Source of the DNA: Candidatus Latescibacterota bacterium | Lineage (GTDB): Bacteria > Latescibacterota > UBA2968 > GCA-2709665 | Assembly (NCBI GenBank): GCA_965219995.1 | Contig: CBDCOX010000002.1 | Location: forward strand, 2,720,001 to 2,784,000 | Length of the DNA: 64,000 nucleotides | Direction: 5' to 3' | Shown here: in pieces, positions 27,745-36,894 of the stretch | How positions within the stretch are numbered: the first letter of the stretch is position 1 | How the letters are laid out: each line of letters starts with the position of its first letter | Notes under the pieces: model-generated | What the model saw: only the letters and a program-made list of their open reading frames with translations | Told to the model about the DNA's origin: nothing | Database searches by the model: none | Made by a program: the position numbers and the translations under genes

Positions 27745-30700
27745 ATGAGCAGGTTCAGGTTATTGACGGGCGCTGTGGTCGTGCTGTGTTCCGTATTCTT
27801 TGCCGCGGACACGATTATGGCCGCGACAACCGGCAAAATCGTCGGTCGCGTAACCGACGAGAAGGGTGATCCCCTGCCAGGCGCCAGTGTTGCAATCGAG
27901 GAAGCCCGGCTGGGCGGAACCACCGATGCGGACGGATTCTACGTGATTGTCTCCGTGACGCCCGGCCAGTACAAGCTGACAGCATCCATGGTGGGGTATC
28001 ACTCGGTGGTCAAAGAGCAGGTTGGCATTCGGGTGGACTTCACGACAACGGTAGACTTTCAGCTTCGGGAAACCGAATTGGAACTGGAAGAGATGGTGGT
28101 GGTCGCCGAAAGGCCTCCGGTCGATCCCGACAAGACGGACAGTCGATACGTCGTGACCGCCGAGGAGATCGAGCGAACGCCCATTCTGAGGAATGTCACC
28201 GAGGTCCTTGAGCTCGAGCCGGGCTATGCCGTTGACGGCAGCGGCGCGATCCGGGGCTGGGTGGCCAGCCACAACGTCGTCTACGTCGACGGCGTTCCCG
28301 TTTCCGGCAGAGACGGTCGCGGTATCGGCGGCGGATGGGGCGATGGCGGCGAGAGACAGTGGTACGGCGTCAATCTCAAGGCGGTACAGGAAGTCTCCGT
28401 CATCACGGGCGGAATGAACGCCGAGTACGGAAACGCGCAGGCCGGCGTCATCCAGATCGTAACGCGCGACGGCGGCGCACAATACCACGGCGAGGCGGAG
28501 TATCGTCTCACCCCTGCCGGCAAGAAACACTGGGGCGAGAACGTCTACGATGCGCCGGAGTTGCGCGGCAACGCGAAGTGGAACGATCCGGGGTGGACGA
28601 ACGAGGTGGACCCGGAGACGGGAAACCTGGTCCACTCGCGAACCAACTATACAGACTGGCGGGGCCACTACCTGGATGGGTTTCTGAGCGGCCCCCTGTT
28701 CGGAAACTCGTCATTCTTCGCCAGCGCGCGGCACCTGCGTGACGCCGCCGTGCTTCCCGGCCCGTGGCGCACCCGGCCGGCAAACCTGAGGACCACGGCA
28801 AAGCTGACGGTTCCGGCCGGGTCGAACATGAAGCTGCGGATCGGATGGATGTACGACTTCGCGGAGAATTTCAACAATGGACGGCTGTCCAGATACAGCT
28901 TCCCGAACGTCATCCGGGGAACGGGACGCGACCTCTTCATTCCCGATGGATCGATCGCGGGTGAGGAAAAACAGACGGATAACATGATCTACGGTGTGAT
29001 CACCCATACCATCAGTCCCAGGACGTTCTACGAAGTGAGCGTATCGCGCTATGGAAGCCGGACCGACACCAGCGGCGTGGGGAACAAAACCACGGCCGTC
29101 AGGACCGACAGCGAAGGGTACTTCTACATCGGCCGGGAAGACGTCTGGGCATTCAAGGTGGGCGAGCAGAACCGTTTCGGCATGAAGGCCGACCTGTCCA
29201 GCCAGATGACGCGGGGCCACTTCGCCAAGACCGGCTTCGAGTTCATGACGTTCGAGAACTGGTGGACGTGGACCGGCATGACGCCCGGCGACGCGAAACG
29301 GGACATCCGTTACATCGGGCAGCCCGAACCCGGCGAGGCCGTGACGCCGAAACAGTTCGGCGCCTACGTCCAGGACAAAATGGAGTTCGAGGGGTTGATC
29401 GTCAACGTCGGCCTGCGCTACGACCGCCTGTGGGGTCAGGACGTTCAGTTGCTGCCGTCGTTCACGTCGGGGTGGTACAACGCGATGGATACGTTCATCC
29501 AGGCGCCCACCGGGCCCATGCGGACCATACAGGGCTGGAGCCCCAGGCTGGGTATCTCACACCCCATCACGGCCAGGTCAAGCATGCATTTCTACTACGG
29601 CCGATACATGATGATCCCCTCCTTCCGACAGCAGTTCGGGAGCCATTGGGAGACGGCCTCCGGGCCGGTGGGGATTCCCGGCGTTCCGTGGAGTCATTTC
29701 AACGCGAAAGACGAAAGCTACGGCGCCAACGTCATCAGCCCGGTCTGGGACCACGGTCACCCCACGAACAGTTTCGAAGTGGGTACGGACTGGAACTTCG
29801 TAAGCGACTATGTCTTCTCTCTGGCGGCTTTCTACAAGAGCAGCCACCTGCAGAGTACCGGCATCTGGCACGACGCCGTCGATCCTGTCACGGGCAGGAC
29901 GGGCGCCATCGGGGGCACGTACGGCTCCGAACGCACCGAAGACGTCAAGGGGTTCGAGTTCAGCATGAGGAAGGGCTTCAGCAACTTTTTCGCGTTCCGC
30001 GCGGCATTGAACCTGGAGTGGCTGGAAGCCATCCACTGGCTGGGCGATCTCGAGTCGGTTGCCAGCGTTCTGGTCTATCCCGACCGGAGTTTCATCGCCA
30101 GCGGAAAGTATCACAAGGAATGGCGGGCCGCGGGCGGCCGAAGGGAACCCGTTCCGCTTACTGCCGAAGAAATCAAGACGCTCGGCGACAAGGCGGAAGA
30201 GAACCTGCAAAAGGTCCGGGAGAATGTTGATGCCTTTCTCACCAGCGGCGGCGCAGGTCCGGTCCAGCCGGCGTGGGAAGTCGAGGGTCTTACGGACGAA
30301 GCGAGGGAATACCTTCAGGGCATCTGGTTTCAGAAGCTCTGGTTCAGTACCGGCAATATCTTCACGCGCGGACGCCGCAGCCAGGGCAGCCTTCAGATGT
30401 TCTTCTCCTCCCCGCTCGACTACGGTCCGGGCGCGCAGTACGCGGGCGCCACGCTATTCGGCGGCATCAACGCCAACCTGATCTACCGGATCTACACGGG
30501 CAGCAAGTTCAATTACATCAAGCTGACCGGTGCCAACACGCCGGCGAGACGGCCTTTGCACACGGAGGCCGACCTGAACCTGCAGAAGCACTTCCGCTTC
30601 GGGGACGTAAACGCCGATGTGTTCGTGGAGGTGTTCAACGTGTTCAACCAGCAAGACGCCAGCGGCATTACCGGAACGGACTACATGTGGTGGGGGCTCC

Positions 30701-30813
30701 AGCAGCCAAGGCCCGACGACGCGACGTACCTGAATTACGGGGACGTCTCAGACCGTTCGCGCTACATAGGCAATCCCCGGATTACGCACGTGGGAATCAG
30801 GTTGAGCTTCTGA
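27745..30813 (+). CDS. TonB-dependent receptor with N-terminal carboxypeptidase-regulatory-like domain (SusC-like architecture)
   Basis: GKIVGRVTDEKGDPLPGASV, LEEMVVVAERP, plug AVQEVSVITGGMNAEYGNAQAGVIQIVTR, AYVQDKMEF..LIVNVGLRYD, SPRLGISHPIT, EVFNVFN and terminal GIRLSF. Confidence 0.93.
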   Translation: MSRFRLLTGAVVVLCSVFFAADTIMAATTGKIVGRVTDEKGDPLPGASVAIEEARLGGTTDADGFYVIVSVTPGQYKLTASMVGYHSVVKEQVGIRVDFTTTVDFQLRETELELEEMVVVAERPPVDPDKTDSRYVVTAEEIERTPILRNVTEVLELEPGYAVDGSGAIRGWVASHNVVYVDGVPVSGRDGRGIGGGWGDGGERQWYGVNLKAVQEVSVITGGMNAEYGNAQAGVIQIVTRDGGAQYHGEAEYRLTPAGKKHWGENVYDAPELRGNAKWNDPGWTNEVDPETGNLVHSRTNYTDWRGHYLDGFLSGPLFGNSSFFASARHLRDAAVLPGPWRTRPANLRTTAKLTVPAGSNMKLRIGWMYDFAENFNNGRLSRYSFPNVIRGTGRDLFIPDGSIAGEEKQTDNMIYGVITHTISPRTFYEVSVSRYGSRTDTSGVGNKTTAVRTDSEGYFYIGREDVWAFKVGEQNRFGMKADLSSQMTRGHFAKTGFEFMTFENWWTWTGMTPGDAKRDIRYIGQPEPGEAVTPKQFGAYVQDKMEFEGLIVNVGLRYDRLWGQDVQLLPSFTSGWYNAMDTFIQAPTGPMRTIQGWSPRLGISHPITARSSMHFYYGRYMMIPSFRQQFGSHWETASGPVGIPGVPWSHFNAKDESYGANVISPVWDHGHPTNSFEVGTDWNFVSDYVFSLAAFYKSSHLQSTGIWHDAVDPVTGRTGAIGGTYGSERTEDVKGFEFSMRKGFSNFFAFRAALNLEWLEAIHWLGDLESVASVLVYPDRSFIASGKYHKEWRAAGGRREPVPLTAEEIKTLGDKAEENLQKVRENVDAFLTSGGAGPVQPAWEVEGLTDEAREYLQGIWFQKLWFSTGNIFTRGRRSQGSLQMFFSSPLDYGPGAQYAGATLFGGINANLIYRIYTGSKFNYIKLTGANTPARRPLHTEADLNLQKHFRFGDVNADVFVEVFNVFNQQDASGITGTDYMWWGLQQPRPDDATYLNYGDVSDRSRYIGNPRITHVGIRLSF

Positions 30814-30878
30814 CGTGAGCGAGCCCTCCCGAATCGGAGGACCTGCACCGGGTTGGTATTTTTGAGGAGGTTAAGGTG

Positions 30879-33155
30879 ATGAAAAAGAAAATGTTACGGG
30901 CGATCGCACTCCTGGTCATGACCCAGGTGTTCGCGAGCGCCGGAGATGCGGAACTCCGGGTCCAGTCCCGCGCGAAGGTGTGGGATATCTACTGGAACTC
31001 GGGCACCCAGGGGGTGCGCGCCGCCACGCCGATGAGCTGGTACCGGCCCGTCGGTATGTCGTATCCGGGAAGGTTCTGGGTACAGTTCCCGCAGGAATTC
31101 GTGGACTACTGGGGCACCCGACGCTGGGGCGTCCGGTCCGAATGGGTGGTCTACTACAACGAATTGTGCGGCACCATGCCGGGCTGGAACCAGTTCATCG
31201 CGACTCGGGTCGGAGGCAATTTCCACGTTTCCGAATCCAAGGCCACGCTTGAATCGGAGGACGTGGTCCCAATGGCCTACGATCCTTCGCAAGGGCCGGA
31301 GAGCAATATCGGCTACCGGAAGGTGTCGCCCCTCGGTCCCGTGATGGCCAACTGGTGGGCGGGGCAGCCCGCGCCGGGACCCGGTTCGCCGGTAGAGATC
31401 CACAACTACCGGTACAGCGAATACATGGAGGCCGACAAGGACCATTTTCCGGAGAGCATTATCGTCAGCAAATGGACCACGAAGAACGGCATCACGGTAA
31501 CGAAAAAGTCCTACGCATGGAGCTATCCGGACTTCGACGACTTCCAGATAATGGAATATACGTTCGAAAATACCGGAGATTCCGACGGTGACGGCGTGGC
31601 GGACCTCGGTGGCGGCGGGCTGCAGTTGAACGATACGTTCCTGATCTTCTCCACCCGCTTTTACGCCTCCCAGTGCGGCCAGGCCCACTATGCCGGGGAT
31701 TCGTTCTTCAGGCGCACCATTCCGATCTCTCTGGACGATTGGTACAAATACACGGAAGCGGCCAATTTCGACGGGCCGGGCGATGCGTTGGGACTCAAGA
31801 TGTGGTACGCCTTTGACGGGGAGAATCCCGACCTGCCCGGAAACGACATCGGCAAACCATATAGCGAGGAACGCGCAAACTCGAGCTGGCATCAGTGCTG
31901 TCTCAAGCAGACGAAAATCGAGGGGGAGATGGGGGCCTTCCAGTACATCGGCGCCGCCCCGCTGGCCTATACGCCCGGGTCGGTGAACGATGCCTCGACC
32001 TTTACGTTCGACACCGGCGGAGACGCGAGCTTTATCGCGCCGCGGGTCGCCGACCAGCCTCATACCGTCAAGTGGTGGGACTACCGGGACCGAACCGATT
32101 TTTCGGAACCCGGCTCTGAGAGCAAAAGTTCCGAGCAAATCTACAACGAACTGACGAGTCCCGCGCCATTCATCCAGGACAACCCCACCACCGTAGACGG
32201 ACTCACCGCTTCCTTCGCCTACGGGCCGTACGACATGGCTCCCGGGGACAAGGTGAGGATCGTCTACGCCCTTGTGGCGGCCGCCCCGGTAGAGGAAAAC
32301 ATCTGGGGGTGGGCCAAGCAGAGCCGGCAGGAAGATATGTTATCGGACAAGCCCATGAACAACCTCCTCAAACACCACAAGGCCGCCGCCGACGCCTTCA
32401 GGTGGAACTACGATCTGCCCGATCCTCCGCCTGACGTAAAGACGGAAGTGACCGCGTCTGTCGACGGATTCAACCTGATCAAGTGGACCGACGCGGGCGA
32501 CAACGCGACCGACCCGGACTACACGGGCGCGGAGGCGCAGGACATCGTGGGCTACCGGGCCTACCGGTCGGACTATAAAATCGACGACTGGAAGCTGATG
32601 GCCGACATTCCGCTGAAGGACCCGGAGTACTACAGCGGCGGCACCTATCAGATTGAAGACCGGAAGTCCGTGGCGGGTTTCGAGTACACCTACCGGGTGG
32701 CCGCCTACGACTCCGGGCACGACGACTGGAACGGTACCGGGATGGCCATTCCGTCCATGGAGGGCGGAAACAGCGCGCCCGAGCAGTGGGCGGGCGGCGT
32801 CATGACCAGCGTTCCCTTCGTTCCGGCCAACGCGTCGGCCGACCAGTTGGCGCGGGACGTGATCGTCGTACCCAATCCGCACAAAGTGGACGGCGCCCAC
32901 AATTACCCGTCCGCGGGTCTGATACGGTTCACGAATATCCCGCAGAAGTGCACGATCCGGATTTACACCGTGGCGGGCGAGCTTGCCGCCTTGATCGAAC
33001 ATAACGACCCCTCCCGTGGCGAAGCCGGATGGGACCAGATCCCCCACTCGCGCGGCGGGGACGTGCCCGCCGGTGTCTACTACTGGATCGTCGAATCCCA
33101 GATGCCGGGGAGCGCGGGCCAGACGCAACGGGGCACGTTGATGATCATCAAGTAG
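30879..33155 (+). CDS. Secreted protein with FN3-like domain and T9SS type-A-like C-terminal sorting domain
   Basis: Sec signal peptide without lipobox Cys; GYRAYRS...YTYRVAAYD (FN3-like); C-terminus VIVVPNP...IRFTNIP..CTIRIYTVAGEL...WD...VPAGVYYW.V...GTLMIIK. Confidence 0.8.
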   Translation: MKKKMLRAIALLVMTQVFASAGDAELRVQSRAKVWDIYWNSGTQGVRAATPMSWYRPVGMSYPGRFWVQFPQEFVDYWGTRRWGVRSEWVVYYNELCGTMPGWNQFIATRVGGNFHVSESKATLESEDVVPMAYDPSQGPESNIGYRKVSPLGPVMANWWAGQPAPGPGSPVEIHNYRYSEYMEADKDHFPESIIVSKWTTKNGITVTKKSYAWSYPDFDDFQIMEYTFENTGDSDGDGVADLGGGGLQLNDTFLIFSTRFYASQCGQAHYAGDSFFRRTIPISLDDWYKYTEAANFDGPGDALGLKMWYAFDGENPDLPGNDIGKPYSEERANSSWHQCCLKQTKIEGEMGAFQYIGAAPLAYTPGSVNDASTFTFDTGGDASFIAPRVADQPHTVKWWDYRDRTDFSEPGSESKSSEQIYNELTSPAPFIQDNPTTVDGLTASFAYGPYDMAPGDKVRIVYALVAAAPVEENIWGWAKQSRQEDMLSDKPMNNLLKHHKAAADAFRWNYDLPDPPPDVKTEVTASVDGFNLIKWTDAGDNATDPDYTGAEAQDIVGYRAYRSDYKIDDWKLMADIPLKDPEYYSGGTYQIEDRKSVAGFEYTYRVAAYDSGHDDWNGTGMAIPSMEGGNSAPEQWAGGVMTSVPFVPANASADQLARDVIVVPNPHKVDGAHNYPSAGLIRFTNIPQKCTIRIYTVAGELAALIEHNDPSRGEAGWDQIPHSRGGDVPAGVYYWIVESQMPGSAGQTQRGTLMIIK

Positions 33156-33214
33156 GGGCAGACCTCTATTTCTGCTCGGCTCAGGTCCATATTGAAATAC
33201 AAGGAGATGACGCA

Positions 33215-34168
33215 ATGAAACGGACGTTGTGGATCGGACTGACAGTGGCGGTGATCTGCGCCCTGCTCTACCCGCGGGGGGCGGATGCCCAGGACCAGCG
33301 GCGTTTGTCGCGAATGGTCCTCCCTGTTCTGAAGATCGATCATGGAGCACGAATGGCCGGTATGGGCGGTGCGTTTGTGGCCGTATCGGACAATATCGAT
33401 GCCATCTTTTCGAATCCTGCGGGTCTCACGCACATCGAGCGTGGCGCGTTTACGCTCGGATACACCCGGTGGCTGATGGGCGACCCCATCCTTACGGGCG
33501 GGATGGCCTACAACACGGCGTACGGCGTTCTGGGTGTTAACGTGGTTACGTTCAGCCCCCACGAGTTCGAAGAGACGACCATTTTCCAGCCCACCGGGAC
33601 CGGACGGAACCCCGATATGGGCGATCTCTCGCTGGGCGTGGTCTACGCCAGGAAACTGACGGACAAACTCTCCGTCGGCTCGATGTTCCGCTGGACGCAA
33701 CAAACGCTGGATACCGACCGGCTGACCGCGTTCGACGTGGGCGTATCCACCTTTTTCTACACCGGTTTCAGAAGCCTGCGTCTCGGCATGACGTTTGAGA
33801 ACATGGGCAAAGACGTCAAGGTGATTGATGACGTCAGAAAGATGCCTGTTTCCTTCAGCACGGCCGCGGCAATGGAAATTGTCGGCGCCGTGGGCGACCC
33901 GACCTATATCACGGCGACCTTTGAAAACACGTACGCCACGGATTTCGCAGATCCGCAGTACCGGTTCGGCGGCGAACTCTGGCTTCAGAACAACTTTGCC
34001 CTCCGGGCGGGATATAAGGCGAACTTCGACGAAGAGTCCTGGACGGCCGGGGCTGGGTTGAAATTCTCGATGCCGAACGGACGGGTGGTGCAGGCCGACG
34101 TCGCGTACAGCGACTTCGGCGTATACCTGGATGCTCCGCTTCGGTTCACGCTGAGCGGCGCATTCTGA
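33215..34168 (+). CDS. PorV/PorQ-family (UPF0164, FadL-like) outer-membrane barrel
   Basis: LKIDHGARMAGMGGAFVAVSD...AIFSNPAGL signature, ALRAGY and terminal Phe; signal peptide. Confidence 0.85.
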   Translation: MKRTLWIGLTVAVICALLYPRGADAQDQRRLSRMVLPVLKIDHGARMAGMGGAFVAVSDNIDAIFSNPAGLTHIERGAFTLGYTRWLMGDPILTGGMAYNTAYGVLGVNVVTFSPHEFEETTIFQPTGTGRNPDMGDLSLGVVYARKLTDKLSVGSMFRWTQQTLDTDRLTAFDVGVSTFFYTGFRSLRLGMTFENMGKDVKVIDDVRKMPVSFSTAAAMEIVGAVGDPTYITATFENTYATDFADPQYRFGGELWLQNNFALRAGYKANFDEESWTAGAGLKFSMPNGRVVQADVAYSDFGVYLDAPLRFTLSGAF

Positions 34169-34192
34169 GTCTTCAGGTGCAATCGTTACACA

Positions 34193-34230
34193 AAAGAAAT
34201 GGCGGTCCCCCGGGATTGCCATTTCTTTTT
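34193..34230 (+). terminator. Rho-independent terminator of the TBDR operon
   Basis: aaagaaatggcggtcc-cccg-ggattgccatttcttttt hairpin plus T-tract. Confidence 0.8.
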
Positions 34231-34350
34231 ATGAAGCTACTTAAAATTGGAAATGCGAATCAGATTGGCCAGGGTGATGTTGTGCAGTCTACCGGCGTTC
34301 TGATTCATCTCGATGGCCGGGGAAAATGGACATTTATCGTGCTTTTGGTT

Positions 34351-34381
34351 TTTATCCTGTCCATCCTGTCTATCCATGTAA
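34351..34381 (+). repeat. 9-bp-period ATCCTGTNN repeat, copy 2
   Basis: tttatcctgtccatcctgtctatccatgtaa. Confidence 0.85.
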
Positions 34382-34429
34382 GTTTGGGCTTTTGAATTAA
34401 AGAGGTCAATTGGCGGTCAGGGGCGAGCC

Positions 34430-35644
34430 GTGGGTCGATTCCGAAAGATATGCCTCAATTGCAATGCGCATCAGCAGGATGCCGCGGCATTGAATTGCGG
34501 TGTGTGCGCGGGACCACTGGGGTTTCGATACAGCTATAACGATGTACGCTGGGACGACCGCTTCGAAGGTTCCATGTGGCGCTACTGGCCCCTGCTTCCG
34601 GTCGACGGTCCGGACGAGGCCGTGACCCTCGGCGAAGGCGGCACGCCTCTGCTGCCCGCACAGAGCTTCGACGGACGCCAGGTCTTTCTGAAGGACGAGA
34701 CCCGCAACCCCACGGGATCCCACAAGGACCGTTCGCTCTCGGTCGCGATCACACACGCGAAGGCCGTGGGCGCGGACGTCTCCGTCATTGTATCGACGGG
34801 CAGCGCCGGCATCTCGAACGCCGCTCTGGCGGCCAGGGCCGGAATGCGCAGCGTGGTCGTGATGACGGAAGGAACGCCGCCGGAGCGGCTCTACCCCATG
34901 TTCGGCCTCGGCGCCGTGCTGCTCGAGGTGAGTGCGCAGATCGACCCGATCGTGGAGGGGGTTATTTCCGTCTGTAGGGCGCACGGTCTCTATCTGAGCA
35001 CCACCGGCCGGGACTCCAATCCGTACCAGTCCGAAGGGAACAAGACCATCGCCTTCGAGATCGTTGAGGAATTGGGGCGGGCGCCGGACTGGGTGGTGGT
35101 CCCCGTGGGCGGCGGCGGTACGGTTTCGGGGATCTGGCGCGGATTCCGGGATTGCCGCGAACTCGGGCTGATTGACACCCTGCCCCGGATGGTTGGCGTG
35201 GTCCCGCGAGACTATAACGCGCTGGAGGCGGCGTTCGATCGCGGTTTGGAAACGTGGAAAGCCGTGCTGGCGCTGCCTTATGACAACCTGCCGCCTTCAA
35301 TTCTGGTGAAGCTTGCTCACAGCTACCCGCCAGATGGCATGGAAGCCCTTCGGTCCGTCCGTTCGTCGAAGGGGTTTTTCGTTTCCGTAACAGACGACGA
35401 GGCACTGGAAGCCCAGGAGGCCTGCGGACGGCGGGAAGGGTTGTTCGTGGAGCCGTCCACGGGCGCCTGCCTGGCCGGAGCCACTCGCCTGATGGACTCG
35501 GGGCACGTCCGTCGGGAAGACGTCGTCGTCGGCATCGTCAGCGGCTCCGGATACCGGGAAACGGCCTGTACGATGGACTCGCGCCCGCTGCGGAAACAGT
35601 CCGTATCACTCAAGGAACTATCGGGAGCCCTGTCGGGAATTTAG
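34430..35644 (+). CDS. Threonine synthase-like PLP enzyme (fold type II) with N-terminal Zn ribbon
   Basis: CLNC...CGVC, MWRY..LLP, VTLGEGGTPL, NPTGSHKDR, EGNKTIAFEI, VPVGGGG and EGLFVEPS motifs. Confidence 0.85.
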   Translation: MGRFRKICLNCNAHQQDAAALNCGVCAGPLGFRYSYNDVRWDDRFEGSMWRYWPLLPVDGPDEAVTLGEGGTPLLPAQSFDGRQVFLKDETRNPTGSHKDRSLSVAITHAKAVGADVSVIVSTGSAGISNAALAARAGMRSVVVMTEGTPPERLYPMFGLGAVLLEVSAQIDPIVEGVISVCRAHGLYLSTTGRDSNPYQSEGNKTIAFEIVEELGRAPDWVVVPVGGGGTVSGIWRGFRDCRELGLIDTLPRMVGVVPRDYNALEAAFDRGLETWKAVLALPYDNLPPSILVKLAHSYPPDGMEALRSVRSSKGFFVSVTDDEALEAQEACGRREGLFVEPSTGACLAGATRLMDSGHVRREDVVVGIVSGSGYRETACTMDSRPLRKQSVSLKELSGALSGI

Positions 35645-35656
35645 GGGATCGAAACC

Positions 35657-36685
35657 ATGTCCATGCATCTGATGAAATGGCAGCGGCGGGAAGAACCGGT
35701 CCTGTCGGCCCTGACTACCCGGCAGGACTGGTGCCGGGTTGAACTCTACAACCCGACGGTGCTCCGCGTCGCGGACAGGTACATGATGTGGTACATCGCT
35801 CACGGTACCGCCACCCGTACAGACGATTCGGTCGTGGGCTTCGCCGAGTCGTACGACGGAATCCACTGGAACGAGCACCCGGACAACCCCATCCTCACCC
35901 GCGACGATCTGCCCGCCTGCGACGCATGGCAGACGCCCCACGTGATCTTCGACGCGGACGAGGGCCTGTACAAAATGTGGTTCATTATGTCGACCGTTGT
36001 CCGGGGCGGTCCAACCTGGCTCGTGAGCTTCGAGCAGCAACTGGGTTATGCCACCAGCCGCGACGGGCTGAAATGGGACGTTCATCCCGAGCCGATCTAT
36101 CACAGCGGGCGGCGGCCGTGCGTGATCAAGGACGGTCCCGGCGCCTACCGGATGTGGATGAACTCATCGCCGACGCCGGATGGAAGCTTCGACGATCTGG
36201 TCCGGCACATCTATCGATTCGAATCCACCGACGGCATTGATTGGACGCGGGACCCCGAACCCGCCGTAAGCTTCAACGAGAAGCTCAGGGGCACAATCTA
36301 TCCTTTCGTTATGCGAGACGGTGACGGATATACCATGTGGTACGGGGCCTGGCCTGCCGAAGGCGAAGTGCTGATTGACGCGGGCGCCGAGACGCCCCTG
36401 GTTCGCCCCGTGTTCGAGATCTACTGCTCCACGTCGTCCGACGGCTTGAACTGGACCCACCACCAGGACACGCCCGCCGTGCCTGCGACGCGTAATCCCG
36501 TCGACTACGACGGGCGGTATACCTCCACGCCGTGTGTCGTCGACGGCGGGGACCGCTACCTGATGTACTATTCCGCCAGGGACTGGGGTACGCTGTATAG
36601 AACGGGATCTGACACGCTGGGCATCGATAAGGCCGGAATCTACCGCCACATCGGCGTGGCCGTGTGCCCCAAGAAGCTGGTTTAA
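35657..36685 (+). CDS. Five-bladed beta-propeller glycosidase-like protein (GH32/43/130 clan-like)
   Basis: Repeated P.V......Y.MW...GYA.S.DG..W blades; no signal peptide. Confidence 0.7.
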   Translation: MSMHLMKWQRREEPVLSALTTRQDWCRVELYNPTVLRVADRYMMWYIAHGTATRTDDSVVGFAESYDGIHWNEHPDNPILTRDDLPACDAWQTPHVIFDADEGLYKMWFIMSTVVRGGPTWLVSFEQQLGYATSRDGLKWDVHPEPIYHSGRRPCVIKDGPGAYRMWMNSSPTPDGSFDDLVRHIYRFESTDGIDWTRDPEPAVSFNEKLRGTIYPFVMRDGDGYTMWYGAWPAEGEVLIDAGAETPLVRPVFEIYCSTSSDGLNWTHHQDTPAVPATRNPVDYDGRYTSTPCVVDGGDRYLMYYSARDWGTLYRTGSDTLGIDKAGIYRHIGVAVCPKKLV

Positions 36686-36858
36686 AATTACCGGTGAGTT
36701 CCCGAGCGCGAGCGAAAAAGGGGCGGTCAAGGCGGGCGAAGTCGCCCAAGAGAGGCGAGCGAGCGCAGCCTCGACCTCTCAATACGGGTGGCTTTGACCA
36801 ACACCGACCGGCGCTTTTGCAGCCGCGCGAAGACCGCTGGGAATTTTAAGACAGCTTC
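36673..36858. mobile_element. 186-bp MITE-like element with 17-bp terminal inverted repeats
   Basis: Left gaagctggtttaaaatt (36673-36689), right aattttaagacagcttc (36842-36858; reverse complement gaagctgtcttaaaatt), 15/17 match; no credible ORF; AA on both flanks. Confidence 0.65.
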
Positions 36859-36894
36859 AAAGACTTGATATGCCGCCCATAACGAGGAGAACGA

